DNA from: Bacteroidetes bacterium 2013_40CM_41_45
GTDB taxonomy: Bacteria > Bacteroidota > Bacteroidia > AKYH767-A > 2013-40CM-41-45
Direction of reading: 5' to 3'
Assembly: GCA_002215675.1 (NCBI GenBank)
Contig: NGFH01000002.1
Coordinates: 221,887 to 285,886 of the forward strand
DNA length: 64,000 bases
The translations under genes were made by a program, and so were the position numbers. Below the pieces are notes generated by a model that was not told the origin of the DNA, did no database searches, and saw nothing but the letters and a program-made list of their open reading frames with translations. Numbering within the stretch: the first letter of the stretch is position 1; every line of letters begins with the position of its first letter. Positions 40,349-50,212 of this stretch are shown here, piece by piece.

Positions 40349-43300
40349 ATGAAATCAATCAACCTTACGGCTTTTTTGCCGTTTGCTGCTGTTATATTTT
40401 TCTGTGCATCAACTGTGCAGGGCCAGGGCGTTAAATCGCAGGCAATGGCGCAGGTGCAGGCGCAAAAAAATATCCGTTGGCTTTCTCCCGGAACCGAATA
40501 CTATGAAGAAAATCATTTTTTCTCGTACCTGCGGTTTGAAGGAGCGGTGTTTGACAAATCGTATACTCCACGTTACAGAGAAAAAATACCTGTACGTTCT
40601 TCCACTCAAAAAGTAACTGCGCAAATAAAAGATGCAGTCTTTTCTCCTGTTGAAGAAATTTCACTGGTCGAAAAATTCAAAGACAAAATTACCAGTTCAA
40701 TTGATGCTCAGGCAGAGGTAGCTTATGAACAGCGTCAGTCGTATGCCATCGTTACTTTTCTTCCGTTCCGAAAAAATCCTTCTACGGGTATCTATGAAAA
40801 AGTAGTTTCGTTTAACATAGCGCTTAGTGAAACTGCCGGAACAGGCAGGCCAAAATCTATCACTTCATCGTTTACGTCTTCTTCAGTTCTTGCTTCGGGA
40901 AACTGGTTTAAGATTGCCGTTGCGCGGGATGGAGTTTATAAGATGGATTTTAATTTTCTTAAGAAACTTGGCATAGATGTTTCACAAATTAATCCGACAT
41001 ACATAAGAGTATACGGCAACGGTGGCGGCTTGCTTCCGTTCGCAAACAGCGCTCCGCGCATAGATGACCTGGCCGAAAATGCAATCTACGTTTCGGGAGA
41101 AAGTGACGGGCAGTTTAACACGGATGATTATGTGCTCTTTTATGGACAAGGTCAGTTGCGCTGGGTATATGATTCAACGAACAGTTTGTTTCACCACCAG
41201 GACAATTATTATTCGGATTCAACTTATTATTTCGTTAACACCGATATGGGGCCCGGCAAAAGAATCATGAGCCAATCGTCTTCCGCTTTGCCCGCCACAC
41301 ATTTTGCAACTACTTTTAATGATTATGCGCTTCATGAGGTTGATATAACAAACTGTGTGAAGTCAGGAAAAGAATGGTACGGTGAAGCATTCGACCCCGT
41401 AAATACTTCGAAAGAATTTACTTTTTCATTTCCGAATATTTCCATGTCAAACCAGGTGTGCATCCGCTCCGATGTTGTTGCTCATGCGGTGAGTCCGCCC
41501 TATCCACCGTCGGGATTTAATGTGTATGCCAACGGGCAGCCCCTCATGACGCAAACGGTTCCCACAGTCGGCAATTTTTATTTTGCGCCTTGCGACAACG
41601 AAGTTTATAACGATAATTGTTTTAGTGTTACTTCTTCAGATATCAACGTAGACCTGGTTTTTAACCCGAGCTATACCGATGCGACAGGGCAGCTCAATTA
41701 TTTAGAGCTTAATGCCATACGTAGCCTTTCCATGTGGGGTAGCCAGATGACATTCCGGAACGCCGGCAATACCGCAGCCGGAAATGTGAAGGAGTATACG
41801 CTTACAGGCGCGCTGCCCTCTACAAAAATATGGGAGGTAACCGACCCCGGTAATGTACGCGAACAACAGGTAACTGTAAGCGGCAATAATTTTATTTTTC
41901 GTTTACCGGCCGATTCTCTTCGTGAGTTTATAGCTTTTACCGGCAACAGCTTTTTTACTCCGAGTGCAATCGGGAAAATTGAAAACCAGAATTTGCACGG
42001 CATCATGTCTGCACAGATGGTTATTGTGACTCACCCGTTATTTATGGCCCAGGCAGAGCGCCTTGCCGAGCATCACCGCAATGTCGATTCGCTCACCGTT
42101 TCTGTTGTTACCACATTCCAGATATATAATGAATTCTCTTCCGGTGCGCAGGATGTTTCTGCCATCCGTGATTTTATGAGGATGCTTTATGAAAGAAATT
42201 TTGCATCCGGCGTTCTTCCCAAATACCTGCTCTTATTTGGCGATGGTTCTTACGATAATAAATACCGCCTTGTAGGTAATACGGATTTTATTGTAACCTA
42301 CCAGTCCGACAATTCGCTCGACCCTACCAGCACCTATATCTCCGATGATTATTTCGGGTTCCTCGACCCAAATGAAGGGTTCTGGCCCGAGAATTCCACA
42401 GCATTGCTCGATATAGGAATAGGACGTTTTCCGGTAAAGACAATTGCAGAAGCGGAGGCAGTGGTAAAGAAAACCATCAATTACGCCATGAACGGAACCA
42501 ACGGAAATTTGTCCAACTGCGATGCGGGCAACAGCGGCTTCGGTGAGTGGAGAAATATTGTAACGTTTGTTGCCGATGACGAGGATAGTAATACGCATTT
42601 TACCCAGGCGCAGCAGCTTGCCACAAAAGTGGATACCACCTACCGCGATTACAACATCGAAAAGATTTACCTCGATGCTTATGTGCAGACATCCACAGTT
42701 GGAGGTGAGCGGTATATAGGAGCAGAAGACGCATTAAGGAACCGTGTGCAGCGTGGCACCTTGCTGCTCTCCTATATCGGGCACGGAGGAGAGGTTGGCC
42801 TTGCGCACGAGCGGGTTTTATCTATAGAAACAATTAACGGTTGGTCCAATTATAACCGCCTTGCCGCTTTTCTTACTGCAACGTGCGAGTTTGCCCGCGT
42901 TGATGACCCTGCCCGCAACTCTGCCGGAGAATTGGTTCTTCTTAACCCCAACGGAGGAGGTGTAGTATTGTTTACCACAACGCGCCTTGCTTTTTCGGGA
43001 AGCAATTTTCAATTAAGCAGGAAATTTTTCGACTGTGTTTTTGAACCGATTAATGGCTCCATGCCTGCCATTGGTGATATTAACCGGATTACAAAAAACG
43101 GTTACCTCGATAGTAATGTCCGGAACTTTATTATGCTCGGCGACCCTGCCATAAAACTTGCTTATCCCAGGTGGAATGTGGTAACTACTTCCATCAACAA
43201 CCACCCGGCAAATCTCCCTGCTGATACTGTACAAGGTTTGAATAGGGTGAGCATAAGCGGAGAAATTCATAACGATAACGGCCAGCTCATGACCAACTTT

Positions 43301-44251
43301 AACGGAACCCTGATTACATCGGCTTACGATAAATACGCTACCATTTATACATTGGCTAATGACCCAAGCAGCCTGGTTGCACCATTTAAAGTAAGAAAGA
43401 ATGTTTTGTTCAAAGGCAAAGCCACCATACAGAACGGAAAATTCAATTACACTTTTGTCCTTCCCAAAGATATTGCCCCGCTGTATGACAATGGTAAAAT
43501 AAGCTATTATGCATACAATGGATTAACAGATGCCAACGGCTATTATGATAATATTATTATCGGCGGTGGGTATGATACATCAGCCGCTAACGACCATAAG
43601 GGGCCTGAAATAAAGCTTTATATGAACGATGAGAAATTTGTAAGTGGTGGAGTCACTAGTGCAAACCCGGTAGTGTATGCAGTTGTTTCCGATACCAGCG
43701 GTATCAATACTTCCGGGAACGGAATAGGACACGATATTACTGTTGTGCTTGATAATAACCCTGACAAACTTTTCATTGCTAACGATTATTTTGAATGCGA
43801 CCTTAACAGCTATCAGAAAGGCAAAGTGCTATTTCCCCTTAGCGGGTTGGAGGACGGAAAGCATTCTGCCGAACTTAAAGTGTGGGATGCATTCAACAAC
43901 TCTTCAAAATCATCCGTTGATTTTTATGTGAACAGTTCAAAGGAAATTACGCTGCAGCATGTTTACAATTACCCTAACCCGTTTACAACCAAGACATCCT
44001 TTATGTTTGAGCATAACCGCGCCTGCGTTCCTATGAGTGTGCAGGTTCAGATTCTCACCGTTAGCGGTAAGCTGGTAAAAACCATAAGCCAGAATATTAC
44101 CTGCGACGGTTTCCGGTATGATAAAATAGAATGGGACGGAAGAGACGATTACGGTGATAAAATCGGGCGAGGCGTTTACATTTACCGCCTTAGAGTAAAA
44201 ACCGAAGACGGGTATACCGCCGACAAAATGGAAAAACTCGTTAAGCTCTGA
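40349..44251 (+). CDS. porU: T9SS C-terminal signal peptidase PorU (C25 gingipain-family peptidase)
   Basis: 1300 aa, signal peptide, peptidase C25 region, adjacent to porV. Confidence 0.8.
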   Translation: MKSINLTAFLPFAAVIFFCASTVQGQGVKSQAMAQVQAQKNIRWLSPGTEYYEENHFFSYLRFEGAVFDKSYTPRYREKIPVRSSTQKVTAQIKDAVFSPVEEISLVEKFKDKITSSIDAQAEVAYEQRQSYAIVTFLPFRKNPSTGIYEKVVSFNIALSETAGTGRPKSITSSFTSSSVLASGNWFKIAVARDGVYKMDFNFLKKLGIDVSQINPTYIRVYGNGGGLLPFANSAPRIDDLAENAIYVSGESDGQFNTDDYVLFYGQGQLRWVYDSTNSLFHHQDNYYSDSTYYFVNTDMGPGKRIMSQSSSALPATHFATTFNDYALHEVDITNCVKSGKEWYGEAFDPVNTSKEFTFSFPNISMSNQVCIRSDVVAHAVSPPYPPSGFNVYANGQPLMTQTVPTVGNFYFAPCDNEVYNDNCFSVTSSDINVDLVFNPSYTDATGQLNYLELNAIRSLSMWGSQMTFRNAGNTAAGNVKEYTLTGALPSTKIWEVTDPGNVREQQVTVSGNNFIFRLPADSLREFIAFTGNSFFTPSAIGKIENQNLHGIMSAQMVIVTHPLFMAQAERLAEHHRNVDSLTVSVVTTFQIYNEFSSGAQDVSAIRDFMRMLYERNFASGVLPKYLLLFGDGSYDNKYRLVGNTDFIVTYQSDNSLDPTSTYISDDYFGFLDPNEGFWPENSTALLDIGIGRFPVKTIAEAEAVVKKTINYAMNGTNGNLSNCDAGNSGFGEWRNIVTFVADDEDSNTHFTQAQQLATKVDTTYRDYNIEKIYLDAYVQTSTVGGERYIGAEDALRNRVQRGTLLLSYIGHGGEVGLAHERVLSIETINGWSNYNRLAAFLTATCEFARVDDPARNSAGELVLLNPNGGGVVLFTTTRLAFSGSNFQLSRKFFDCVFEPINGSMPAIGDINRITKNGYLDSNVRNFIMLGDPAIKLAYPRWNVVTTSINNHPANLPADTVQGLNRVSISGEIHNDNGQLMTNFNGTLITSAYDKYATIYTLANDPSSLVAPFKVRKNVLFKGKATIQNGKFNYTFVLPKDIAPLYDNGKISYYAYNGLTDANGYYDNIIIGGGYDTSAANDHKGPEIKLYMNDEKFVSGGVTSANPVVYAVVSDTSGINTSGNGIGHDITVVLDNNPDKLFIANDYFECDLNSYQKGKVLFPLSGLEDGKHSAELKVWDAFNNSSKSSVDFYVNSSKEITLQHVYNYPNPFTTKTSFMFEHNRACVPMSVQVQILTVSGKLVKTISQNITCDGFRYDKIEWDGRDDYGDKIGRGVYIYRLRVKTEDGYTADKMEKLVKL

Positions 44252-44302
44252 TTCTCAACACAACCATTTTCTATCATTCACGTATATTTGCAAATTAAAT
44301 TT

Positions 44303-45553
44303 ATGGATTTTATGCCCCTAAAAAAAGTAATAGTTTCCTTTTTTCTTTTGAGTATTTTTTCTGCCCATATTTTTGCTCAAAGCAACAGCATTTCCCGCGA
44401 TTCACTTCTGGGGCAAATCAATACCATCACTACTGCTGTACCGTTTCTTCTCATTGCTCCTGACGCACGTGCAGGCGCTATGGGCGATGCCGGTGTAGCA
44501 ACAATGCCCGATGCGAATTCTATCCACTGGAATCCGGCTAAGCTGGCATTCGTTGATAAAACCATAGGGTTTTCTGTTTCGTATACACCCTGGCTGCGCG
44601 CATTGGTTCCTGATATTTACCTGGGGTATCTGTCTGCCTATAAAAAGCTTAAAGGCGACCAAACCCTTGCTCTTGCCTTGCTGTATTTTTCTCTGGGTGA
44701 TATCACCTTCACAGATAATAACGGCAACGTAACAGGCCAGTTTAACCCGAAAGAACTTTCTATTGATGTAGCGTATTCGCGTAAACTTGGAGATGATTTT
44801 TCGGGTGGATTAGCGTTGCGATATATTAATTCCAATCTTACCGGTGGCGCCTATCTTCCTAGCGGCTCTTATTCTCATGCGGGCAATTCTGTTGCTGCCG
44901 ATATATCTGTCTATTACCTGAAGCAGGTTGACCTTTCCAACAAGAAATCTGTATTTACATCCGGAATAAATATTTCAAACATCGGGTCGAAAATTTCTTA
45001 TACCGAATCGGGCAACAAAGATTTTATACCTACCAATTTCCGACTGGGAGCCGGTCTAAAAACAGACCTGGACGAATACAATACGCTTGCCTTTACTGCT
45101 GATATAAATAAATTGCTGGTTCCAACGCCTCCTGTTTACCTGAAAGATGTAAGCGGAAAAGACAGCATTGATGCAAACTCTAATAAAATTGTTCTTTACG
45201 GCAAAGACCCCAACGTTTCTGTGGCATCTGCTATTTTCTCATCGTGGGGCGATGCTCCCGGTGGGTTCAAAGAGGAGCTGAAAGAGTTCACCTATTCACT
45301 CGGATTGGAATATTGGTACGACAAGCAGTTTGCTATCCGTGCCGGTTATTTCCACGAAGCTCCTACCAAAGGCAACAGGCAATTTTTCACCGTAGGCGCG
45401 GGAGTTAAGTACAACGTTTTCGGAATTGATTTTGCATACCTTATTCCCACGCAGCAAAAACATCCCCTGGAAAATACGCTTCGCTTTACATTGTTAGTTG
45501 ATTTTGACTCACTCAAGAGCAGCGACAACAACGAAGAAAAAACAACAGAATAA
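44303..45553 (+). CDS. porV: T9SS outer membrane shuttle protein PorV (LptO)
   Basis: 14-strand FadL-like beta-barrel pattern, immediately downstream of porU; ORF-track start 44288 is TTG, ATG at 44303/44312 preferred. Confidence 0.8.
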   Translation: MDFMPLKKVIVSFFLLSIFSAHIFAQSNSISRDSLLGQINTITTAVPFLLIAPDARAGAMGDAGVATMPDANSIHWNPAKLAFVDKTIGFSVSYTPWLRALVPDIYLGYLSAYKKLKGDQTLALALLYFSLGDITFTDNNGNVTGQFNPKELSIDVAYSRKLGDDFSGGLALRYINSNLTGGAYLPSGSYSHAGNSVAADISVYYLKQVDLSNKKSVFTSGINISNIGSKISYTESGNKDFIPTNFRLGAGLKTDLDEYNTLAFTADINKLLVPTPPVYLKDVSGKDSIDANSNKIVLYGKDPNVSVASAIFSSWGDAPGGFKEELKEFTYSLGLEYWYDKQFAIRAGYFHEAPTKGNRQFFTVGAGVKYNVFGIDFAYLIPTQQKHPLENTLRFTLLVDFDSLKSSDNNEEKTTE

Positions 45554-45573
45554 TTTTATCCGGAAGAGTAAAA

Positions 45574-45607
45574 GCGTCCGTCAGCTGACGGATGCTTTTT
45601 TATTTTT
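45574..45607 (+). terminator. rho-independent terminator after porV
   Basis: gcgtccgtcagc/tgacggatgc palindrome followed by TTTTTTATTTTTATTTT. Confidence 0.65.
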
Positions 45608-45630
45608 ATTTTGTACCGGAAATTTAAAAA

Positions 45631-46104
45631 ATGAGAATCGGTTTTGGATTTGATGTTCATCCGCTTGAAAAAGGGAGAGAACTGCGTTTAGGTGGAATCA
45701 CCGTTCCGCATGACAAAGGCGCCAGGGGGCATTCTGATGCTGATGTATTGATTCATGCTATCTGCGATGCACTGCTGGGAGCGGCAAACCTGGGCGACAT
45801 AGGGAAACATTTTCCCGACACTTCGGCAGAATTCAAAAACATTGACAGCCGCATCCTGCTGAAAAAAGTTATGGAAATGATTCGCCAAAACAAATACGAT
45901 TTGGAAAACACGGACGTAACTCTTTGTCTTGAAAAACCAAAGATAGCACCGCATGTTGACGCCATAAAAAAATCTTTGTCAGAGGTTATGGGTGTTGACA
46001 TAAATTGCATTTCCATTAAGGCAACCACCAATGAAAAACTCGGCTACATCGGAAGGGAAGAAGGTGTTGCATGCTATGCGGTGGTGCTGCTGAAAAACAG
46101 GTAA
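45631..46104 (+). CDS. ispF: 2-C-methyl-D-erythritol 2,4-cyclodiphosphate synthase
   Basis: 157 aa; MRIGFGFDVHPL.., HSDADVLIHAICDALLGA. Confidence 0.9.
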   Translation: MRIGFGFDVHPLEKGRELRLGGITVPHDKGARGHSDADVLIHAICDALLGAANLGDIGKHFPDTSAEFKNIDSRILLKKVMEMIRQNKYDLENTDVTLCLEKPKIAPHVDAIKKSLSEVMGVDINCISIKATTNEKLGYIGREEGVACYAVVLLKNR

Positions 46105-46136
46105 TGTTTCAGTTTAATTTTCTTTGTGAACTCTAC

Positions 46137-46217
46137 GAAACGCTTTGCGAACTTTGCGTGAAATTTTCAAATGGTTCACGCGAAGATCGCAGAGAAAAAA
46201 TAGACGCAAAGCGCGCT
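46137..46217. repeat. cargo-less copy of the CTTTGCG/CGCAAAG inverted-repeat element
   Basis: acgctttgcgaactttgcgtgaa (46139-46162) ... gacgcaaagcgcgc (46203-46216); left arm is near-identical reverse complement of 27034-27057. Confidence 0.6.
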
Positions 46218-46254
46218 AAGTGAAATTGAAATACTTCAGAAAAATATCGGATGT

Positions 46255-46728
46255 ATGAAAAAAGTACAGGTCATTTCAGAATTCAGTGAATATGTGTCAG
46301 CCGCGGAATTGCCGGTTGAGGAAAAAGAATTACTAACGAAAGCAGAAGCAGCGGCAAAAACTGCGTACGCCCCTTATTCAAAGTTTAAAGTTGGCGCTGC
46401 GGTGCTGCTCGATAACGGAGAAATAGTTTGTGGAAGCAACCAGGAAAATGCATCGTACCCATTGGGACTTTGTGCCGAGCGGGTTGCTTTGTTTGCTGCA
46501 TCGGCACAGCATCCCGGCATCCGGATTACGCACATAGCCGTAACATCTTCTTCAAAAAATCCTACGGCTCCGTGCGGTGCCTGCCGGCAGGTAATGGCAG
46601 AATATGAATCTGTTCATAAAAATGAAATGCAAATACTTCTAAAAGGAGCAGCAGGAAAAATTATAGCCGCGGATGGAGTAAAAAATTTGCTTCCCCTTAT
46701 GTTTTCAGGTAAAGATTTAAACGGATGA
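46255..46728 (+). CDS. cdd: cytidine deaminase
   Basis: CAERVALFAA .. PCGACRQ zinc-binding motifs; 157 aa. Confidence 0.85.
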   Translation: MKKVQVISEFSEYVSAAELPVEEKELLTKAEAAAKTAYAPYSKFKVGAAVLLDNGEIVCGSNQENASYPLGLCAERVALFAASAQHPGIRITHIAVTSSSKNPTAPCGACRQVMAEYESVHKNEMQILLKGAAGKIIAADGVKNLLPLMFSGKDLNG

Positions 46729-46787
46729 CGAAGAAGAGATTAAAATTTATTTCTTTTAATCTTATGTTATCAGCATGTGCTTCTCTG

Positions 46788-47453
46788 TCACCGAAGCACG
46801 AATTTTACATCTTGATTGACAATTGAATCTGTGCATGCAACTCCATATTGATGCAATAATTCAGCAAACTTTCTAATTGAATTTATCGCTACCGTATCAC
46901 AGTCCGTGCAAAGTCCTTTGACAAGCTGAATATTGGAAACCGTACAGTTGGTGTTTATCTTATATGACACAACTACAGTCCCTTCAATTCCTTTATCTCG
47001 CGCCATTGGTGGGTAGGATATATTAAGATAAAACAGAGGTTGAAGTTTTAAATTTTTGTCGTAGTCAAATCGTTCAACAACTTGCCCATGTTCTTTAGTG
47101 GTTAGCCAAATGCCTGCTTTTTTGTTATCAATATACTTGCCTTGCGTTTTTACTGTTTCAGGAGATGAGTATTCAATCCAATCACCATTCTTTTTTCCGT
47201 TCTCGTAATTTCCTTTGACCTTAATAAAGTATTCCAATGTCCAGATACCATTTTTTACGTTCTGCATTTCTTCCTCGGAAATTCTAAAATATGAAATGTA
47301 TTCACCATGCTTTATCGTCCCATCAGATTTCAATACATTAAACCGTTCTGATATTTGTTTTGAATAAGGGAATTTGTTAGTTACCAATTCTGTTTGCTGA
47401 CAATAACTTTGTAAAGTTGTCAGCAGAAAGATAATCGTCAAATACTTTTTCAA
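46788..47453 (-). CDS. secreted protein with MORN/YwqK-like repeats and TonB-C-like C-terminal domain
   Basis: Signal peptide; G.W..Y...G repeats; C-term YPPMARDKGIEGTVVVSYKI..G.V.NIQLVKG resembles TonB C-terminal fold. Confidence 0.45.
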   Translation of the reverse strand: MKKYLTIIFLLTTLQSYCQQTELVTNKFPYSKQISERFNVLKSDGTIKHGEYISYFRISEEEMQNVKNGIWTLEYFIKVKGNYENGKKNGDWIEYSSPETVKTQGKYIDNKKAGIWLTTKEHGQVVERFDYDKNLKLQPLFYLNISYPPMARDKGIEGTVVVSYKINTNCTVSNIQLVKGLCTDCDTVAINSIRKFAELLHQYGVACTDSIVNQDVKFVLR

Positions 47454-47634
47454 GGCAATCAGTTTGAATTAGCGATGCACTTCAATCGGAGCGGCTAGCA
47501 TTGCTCATAATATTTAAAATCCGCAACTCCATAATCGGAAGCTGCGCATAGTAAGACAAATATAAAAATATTCCACAGCAGAGATGTAAGCGAAGCCCAG
47601 GACGGAATAGCATATAACTTTCCCTTCCTTCGTT

Positions 47635-47642
47635 TATCTTTG
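47635..47642 (+). promoter_or_regulatory. -7 promoter element TATCTTTG upstream of pdhA
   Basis: TAnnTTTG 14 nt upstream of ATG 47657. Confidence 0.25.
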
Positions 47643-47656
47643 CACTCCTCTTTTTT

Positions 47657-48652
47657 ATGGCGAAAAAATTATTTGGTAAAGATACCTACCTGAAGTGGTA
47701 CGAAAGCATGCTGCTGATGCGGAAATTTGAGGAGCGTGCAGGGCAGCTATATGGTATGCAGAAAATCCGTGGCTTCTGTCATCTTTATATAGGGCAGGAA
47801 GCGGTCGTTGCCGGTGCAATGACTGTTCTTCGTCCCGAAGATGCCATGATAACGGCCTATCGTGACCATGCACATGCCATTGCCAAAGGCATTCCTGCCA
47901 ATGCGGTGATGGCCGAACTCTACGGCAAAGCAACGGGATGTTCTAAAGGCAAGGGGGGGTCTATGCATATGTTTTCTAAAGAGCATCGCTTTTTTGGCGG
48001 GCATGGAATTGTGGGCGGACAAATACCCCTCGGAGCGGGCATTGCTTTTGCAGAACAATATAAAGGTACCGACCATGTGTGCGTATGTTATATGGGCGAT
48101 GGCGCGGTGAGGCAGGGAGCATTTCACGAAACACTCAATATGGCAATGTACTGGAAGCTGCCGGTGATTTTTATTATTGAAAATAATAACTATGCCATGG
48201 GTACATCAGTGGAACGCAGCAGCAACGTTACTGACCTTTACAAGCTTGGGGCCGCTTATGACATGCCTTCAGAACATGTTGACGGAATGAGCGTGGAAGA
48301 TGTGCAGCTTGCGATGGAAAAAGTTGTGGAATATGTCCGCAGCGGCAAAGGACCGTACTTGCTGGAAATGCGAACGTATCGCTACAAAGGACATTCCATG
48401 AGCGACCCTGCAAAGTATCGTACCAAAGAAGAAGTGGAGCATTACAAAGCCGAGGACCCGATTGATACGGTACTGAAAACCATCACGGAGAAAAAACTTG
48501 CAACGGAAAAAGAAATTGAATCAATTAACGAGCGCGTAAAAAATGTTGTGGAAGAAGCAGTAAAGTTTTCAGAGGAATCTCCATTCCCTGATGCAAGCGC
48601 GGTTTACGAAGATGTTTATGTAGAATCAGATTATCCATTTATACTTGACTGA
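47657..48652 (+). CDS. pdhA: pyruvate dehydrogenase E1 component alpha subunit
   Basis: 331 aa; TPP-binding GDGA..N motif, YRDHAHA, GGHGIVG. Confidence 0.9.
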   Translation: MAKKLFGKDTYLKWYESMLLMRKFEERAGQLYGMQKIRGFCHLYIGQEAVVAGAMTVLRPEDAMITAYRDHAHAIAKGIPANAVMAELYGKATGCSKGKGGSMHMFSKEHRFFGGHGIVGGQIPLGAGIAFAEQYKGTDHVCVCYMGDGAVRQGAFHETLNMAMYWKLPVIFIIENNNYAMGTSVERSSNVTDLYKLGAAYDMPSEHVDGMSVEDVQLAMEKVVEYVRSGKGPYLLEMRTYRYKGHSMSDPAKYRTKEEVEHYKAEDPIDTVLKTITEKKLATEKEIESINERVKNVVEEAVKFSEESPFPDASAVYEDVYVESDYPFILD

Positions 48653-48690
48653 AATTGATAATTAAAAAATAAACAGATTGTTAAAAATAA

Positions 48691-48747
48691 CCACAGAGAC
48701 ACGGAGACACAGGGGAAAAAATTCTCTGTGCCACTGTGCCTCTGTGG
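48691..48747 (+). other. imperfect ~23-bp-arm hairpin between pdhA and E2
   Basis: ccacagagacacggagacacagg / ctctgtgccactgtgcctctgtgg, outer 8 bp perfect. Confidence 0.4.
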
Positions 48748-48786
48748 TGAAAATTTTATAACATTTAATTTTTAATCCATTTATAA

Positions 48787-50100
48787 ATGGCTGAGATAGT
48801 TAGAATGCCCAAGATGAGCGACACCATGACAGAAGGTGTCGTTTCTAAATGGCATAAAAAAGTTGGTGATAAAGTAAAGACAGGCGACCTGGTTGCTGAT
48901 ATCGAAACCGACAAGGCTACTATGGAATTTGAATCGTACCAGGAGGGTGTGTTGCTTTACAGGGGCGTTGAAGAAGGACAGGCAGCTCCCGTTGATGGTG
49001 TGCTTGCCATACTGGGTAAGGAAGGAGAAGATTATGCGAAGCTCCTGGAAGAAGAAAAGAAAAAGGTAAGTGCAGTGCAACCCGAAGCAAAGCCGGAAGC
49101 AAAACAGGAAACCAAAAAAGAGGAGCCAAAACCAGAGCCACCAAAAAAGGAAGTTGAACAACCGAAAAAAGAAGTCGTTGCAGAGAAAAAAGTTCCGGAA
49201 CCGCAAGCATCTGCTCCGCAAACAACCGACACCGGATTAAAAGCCTCTCCGCTGGCGCGTAAGCTGGCAAGTGAAAAAGGAATCGACCTGAATTTTGTAA
49301 AAGGTACAGGCGACAACGGCAGAATTGTTAAACGTGATATAGACTGGTTCAAAGAAGGAAATATTGTTGCCGGAAGCTCGGCAGCTATGTCGGGTGCTGT
49401 TACCAAAGAAAGTTACCAGGATGTTACTGTTTCGCAGATGCGCAAAACCATTGCCAGGCGCCTGAGTGAAAGCAAGTTCACTTCCCCGCATTATTATCTT
49501 ACCATGGAGATAAACATGGACAATACCGTAAATGCGCGTGAGAATATAAACAGTGTGCTCGGTGTAAAAATATCTTTCAATGATATCATTATAAAAGCAG
49601 CAGCGGCCGCATTGCGGCAACATCCTAGGGTAAATGCTTCCTGGTATGGCGACTTTATCCGCATGCATGACCATATTCATATTGGCGTTGCAGTTGCCGT
49701 TGAAGATGGCTTGCTGGTACCTGTGGTTCGTTTTGCTGATTCAAAAACTCTTAGACAAATCAATGCGGAGGTAAAAGACCTTTCGCAGCGGGCTCGGGAT
49801 AAAAAACTTCAGCCCCACGATTGGGAAGGAAACACATTCACTATTTCTAATCTTGGAATGTATGGCATCGAAGAGTTCACTGCCATTATCAACCCTCCCG
49901 ACTCGTGCATTCTTGCCATAGGCGGCATTGAGCAGAAACCGGTGGTGAAAAATAATTTGATAGTACCGGGTAATATCATGAAAGTTACCATGAGCTGCGA
50001 CCACCGCGCTGTTGACGGTGCCACCGGGTCCGAATTTTTAAGGACTTTTAAAGGTTTAATGGAGAATCCGGTCATACTCCTTGGGCAGGCGTCCTTGTGA
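48787..50100 (+). CDS. dihydrolipoamide acetyltransferase (E2) of pyruvate dehydrogenase complex
   Basis: Lipoyl domain ETDKATMEFES, Ala/Pro/Lys linker, E3-binding domain, catalytic DHRAVDGA. Confidence 0.9.
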   Translation: MAEIVRMPKMSDTMTEGVVSKWHKKVGDKVKTGDLVADIETDKATMEFESYQEGVLLYRGVEEGQAAPVDGVLAILGKEGEDYAKLLEEEKKKVSAVQPEAKPEAKQETKKEEPKPEPPKKEVEQPKKEVVAEKKVPEPQASAPQTTDTGLKASPLARKLASEKGIDLNFVKGTGDNGRIVKRDIDWFKEGNIVAGSSAAMSGAVTKESYQDVTVSQMRKTIARRLSESKFTSPHYYLTMEINMDNTVNARENINSVLGVKISFNDIIIKAAAAALRQHPRVNASWYGDFIRMHDHIHIGVAVAVEDGLLVPVVRFADSKTLRQINAEVKDLSQRARDKKLQPHDWEGNTFTISNLGMYGIEEFTAIINPPDSCILAIGGIEQKPVVKNNLIVPGNIMKVTMSCDHRAVDGATGSEFLRTFKGLMENPVILLGQASL

Positions 50101-50212
50101 CCACATATCGCTTCAATTCATAGTATTTTTCTTATAAAACGTTTATTTTTGGACGTTGGACATCTGTGCATATTGCGATGCAACTAAAAAGCATTAAATT
50201 GCATCTTAAACT

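Noticed and set aside
48781-49406. Several minus-strand ORFs with low-complexity Leu/Phe/Pro-rich translations
   Set aside because: Antisense to the E2 lipoyl/linker region; the repetitive sequence is the Ala/Pro/Lys/Glu linker of E2 on the plus strand, not a repeat element or a gene.
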